Shown: piece after piece, positions 35,873-36,455 of the stretch
How positions within the stretch are numbered: the first letter of the stretch is position 1
Layout: the number at the start of each line of letters is the position of its first letter
NCBI GenBank assembly: GCA_937871775.1
Contig: CALMOP010000050.1
Span: 1-36,455 of the forward strand
Direction: 5' to 3'
DNA: 36,455 bases
Source of the DNA: an uncultured Gemmatimonadota bacterium
GTDB lineage: Bacteria; Gemmatimonadota; Gemmatimonadetes; Gemmatimonadales; GWC2-71-9
Made by a program: the position numbers and the translations under genes
The notes under the pieces: model-generated
What the model was told of the DNA's origin: nothing
Databases searched by the model: none
Seen by the model: only the letters and a program-made list of their open reading frames with translations

Positions 35873-36455
35873 CCTGCCGAAGCGCAGCGGTGAACGCCTC
35901 CATGCTGGCGAAGCGATCGGTCGCGGCCTTGGCGAGGGCTCGACTGAGGGCCTCATCGACCGCCGCCGGCACGTCGGCCCGGAGCCGCCGCACCGAGGGA
36001 ACCGGGGCTCGGAGGACCCGGACGACTACCTCTCTGAGCGACGGTGCGGTATATGGTGGGCTGCCGGCGAGCATTTCATACAGGATACATCCCAGGCTGT
36101 AGATGTCCGTCCGCTGATCCAGGGCACGGTCCTCGCAGATTTGCTCCGGGCTCATGTAGTAGATGGTCCCCACAACGAGGCCGGTCGCAGTGAGTTTTTG
36201 GGAATCCGCCCCGATGGCCCGGGCCAACCCGAAATCGGCGACCAGGGCATGCCCTCCCGCGAGGAGGATATTCTCCGGCTTCAGATCCCGGTGCAGAATC
36301 CCGCGGCGGTGCGCGTACTCGAGGGCCGCGGCGATGTCCCGGGTCACGCGCAGCGCCTCGTCGAGGGGTAGCCGTGGCACCTGTTTGAGCCGTTCGTAGA
36401 GCGACTCACCCTCGACGTAGGGCATCACGTAGTAGAGCACCCCGCTGGCGTCACC
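35865..36455 (-). CDS. Ser/Thr protein kinase (Hanks type), 5'-truncated by the window edge
   Basis: ILHRDLKPENILL (catalytic loop), ADFGLA (DFG), GTIYYMSPEQ (activation/P+1), DIYSLGCILYEMLAG. The ORF continues to the window edge upstream. The protein ends about 40 aa after the kinase domain. Confidence 0.9.
   Translation of the reverse strand, partial: GDASGVLYYVMPYVEGESLYERLKQVPRLPLDEALRVTRDIAAALEYAHRRGILHRDLKPENILLAGGHALVADFGLARAIGADSQKLTATGLVVGTIYYMSPEQICEDRALDQRTDIYSLGCILYEMLAGSPPYTAPSLREVVVRVLRAPVPSVRRLRADVPAAVDEALSRALAKAATDRFASMEAFTAALRQGR

Overview
High-GC (roughly 68-70% by eye, not computed) chromosomal segment. It reads as core housekeeping plus envelope genes, not a mobile or accessory island. 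I support 26 protein-coding genes (two cut by the window edges), one tRNA-Cys(GCA), five hairpin terminators or terminator-like palindromes, and one large palindrome. The SusC/SusD pair, the M61 peptidase and the very high GC suggest a Gemmatimonadota-like organism; this is inference, not proof. Recognisable genes are: an OdhA/Kgd-type 2-oxoglutarate dehydrogenase E1 with an E2-like domain; a stand-alone HNH endonuclease; a VOC/glyoxalase protein; a four-gene minus-strand operon (unknown basic protein, Cys-less rhodanese, penicillin-acylase-family Ntn hydrolase, small membrane protein); tkt-tal; ilvA; a DAACS symporter; an M61 peptidase; SusD/SusC; gluQ; a ~870 aa pure coiled-coil protein; tRNA-Cys; leuS; a sensor-less MCP; a membrane/TPR protein coupled to a lysine-free class-V aminotransferase-fold protein; a Tat-exported asparaginase-2-family Ntn hydrolase coupled to an outer-membrane beta-barrel; a thioredoxin-like protein; a TetR regulator; and a Ser/Thr kinase. 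I saw no CRISPR array, transposase, integrase, rRNA or recognisable defence system. The most unusual points are: (i) two enzyme folds that cannot use their canonical chemistry (a rhodanese with no cysteine, an aminotransferase fold with no lysine), each translationally coupled to a partner gene; (ii) a monocistronic giant coiled-coil gene preceded by a ~45% GC island just 3' of tRNA-Cys; (iii) a 64-bp near-perfect palindrome 8 bp upstream of leuS that shares a 14-mer with a distant hairpin, plus a second palindromic terminator family; (iv) a canonical G-quadruplex motif abutting the ilvA start codon. None of these amounts to a demonstrated new system; each is a candidate with a stated test. 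Many long ORFs in the supplied track are antisense shadow ORFs typical of high-GC DNA and were rejected.
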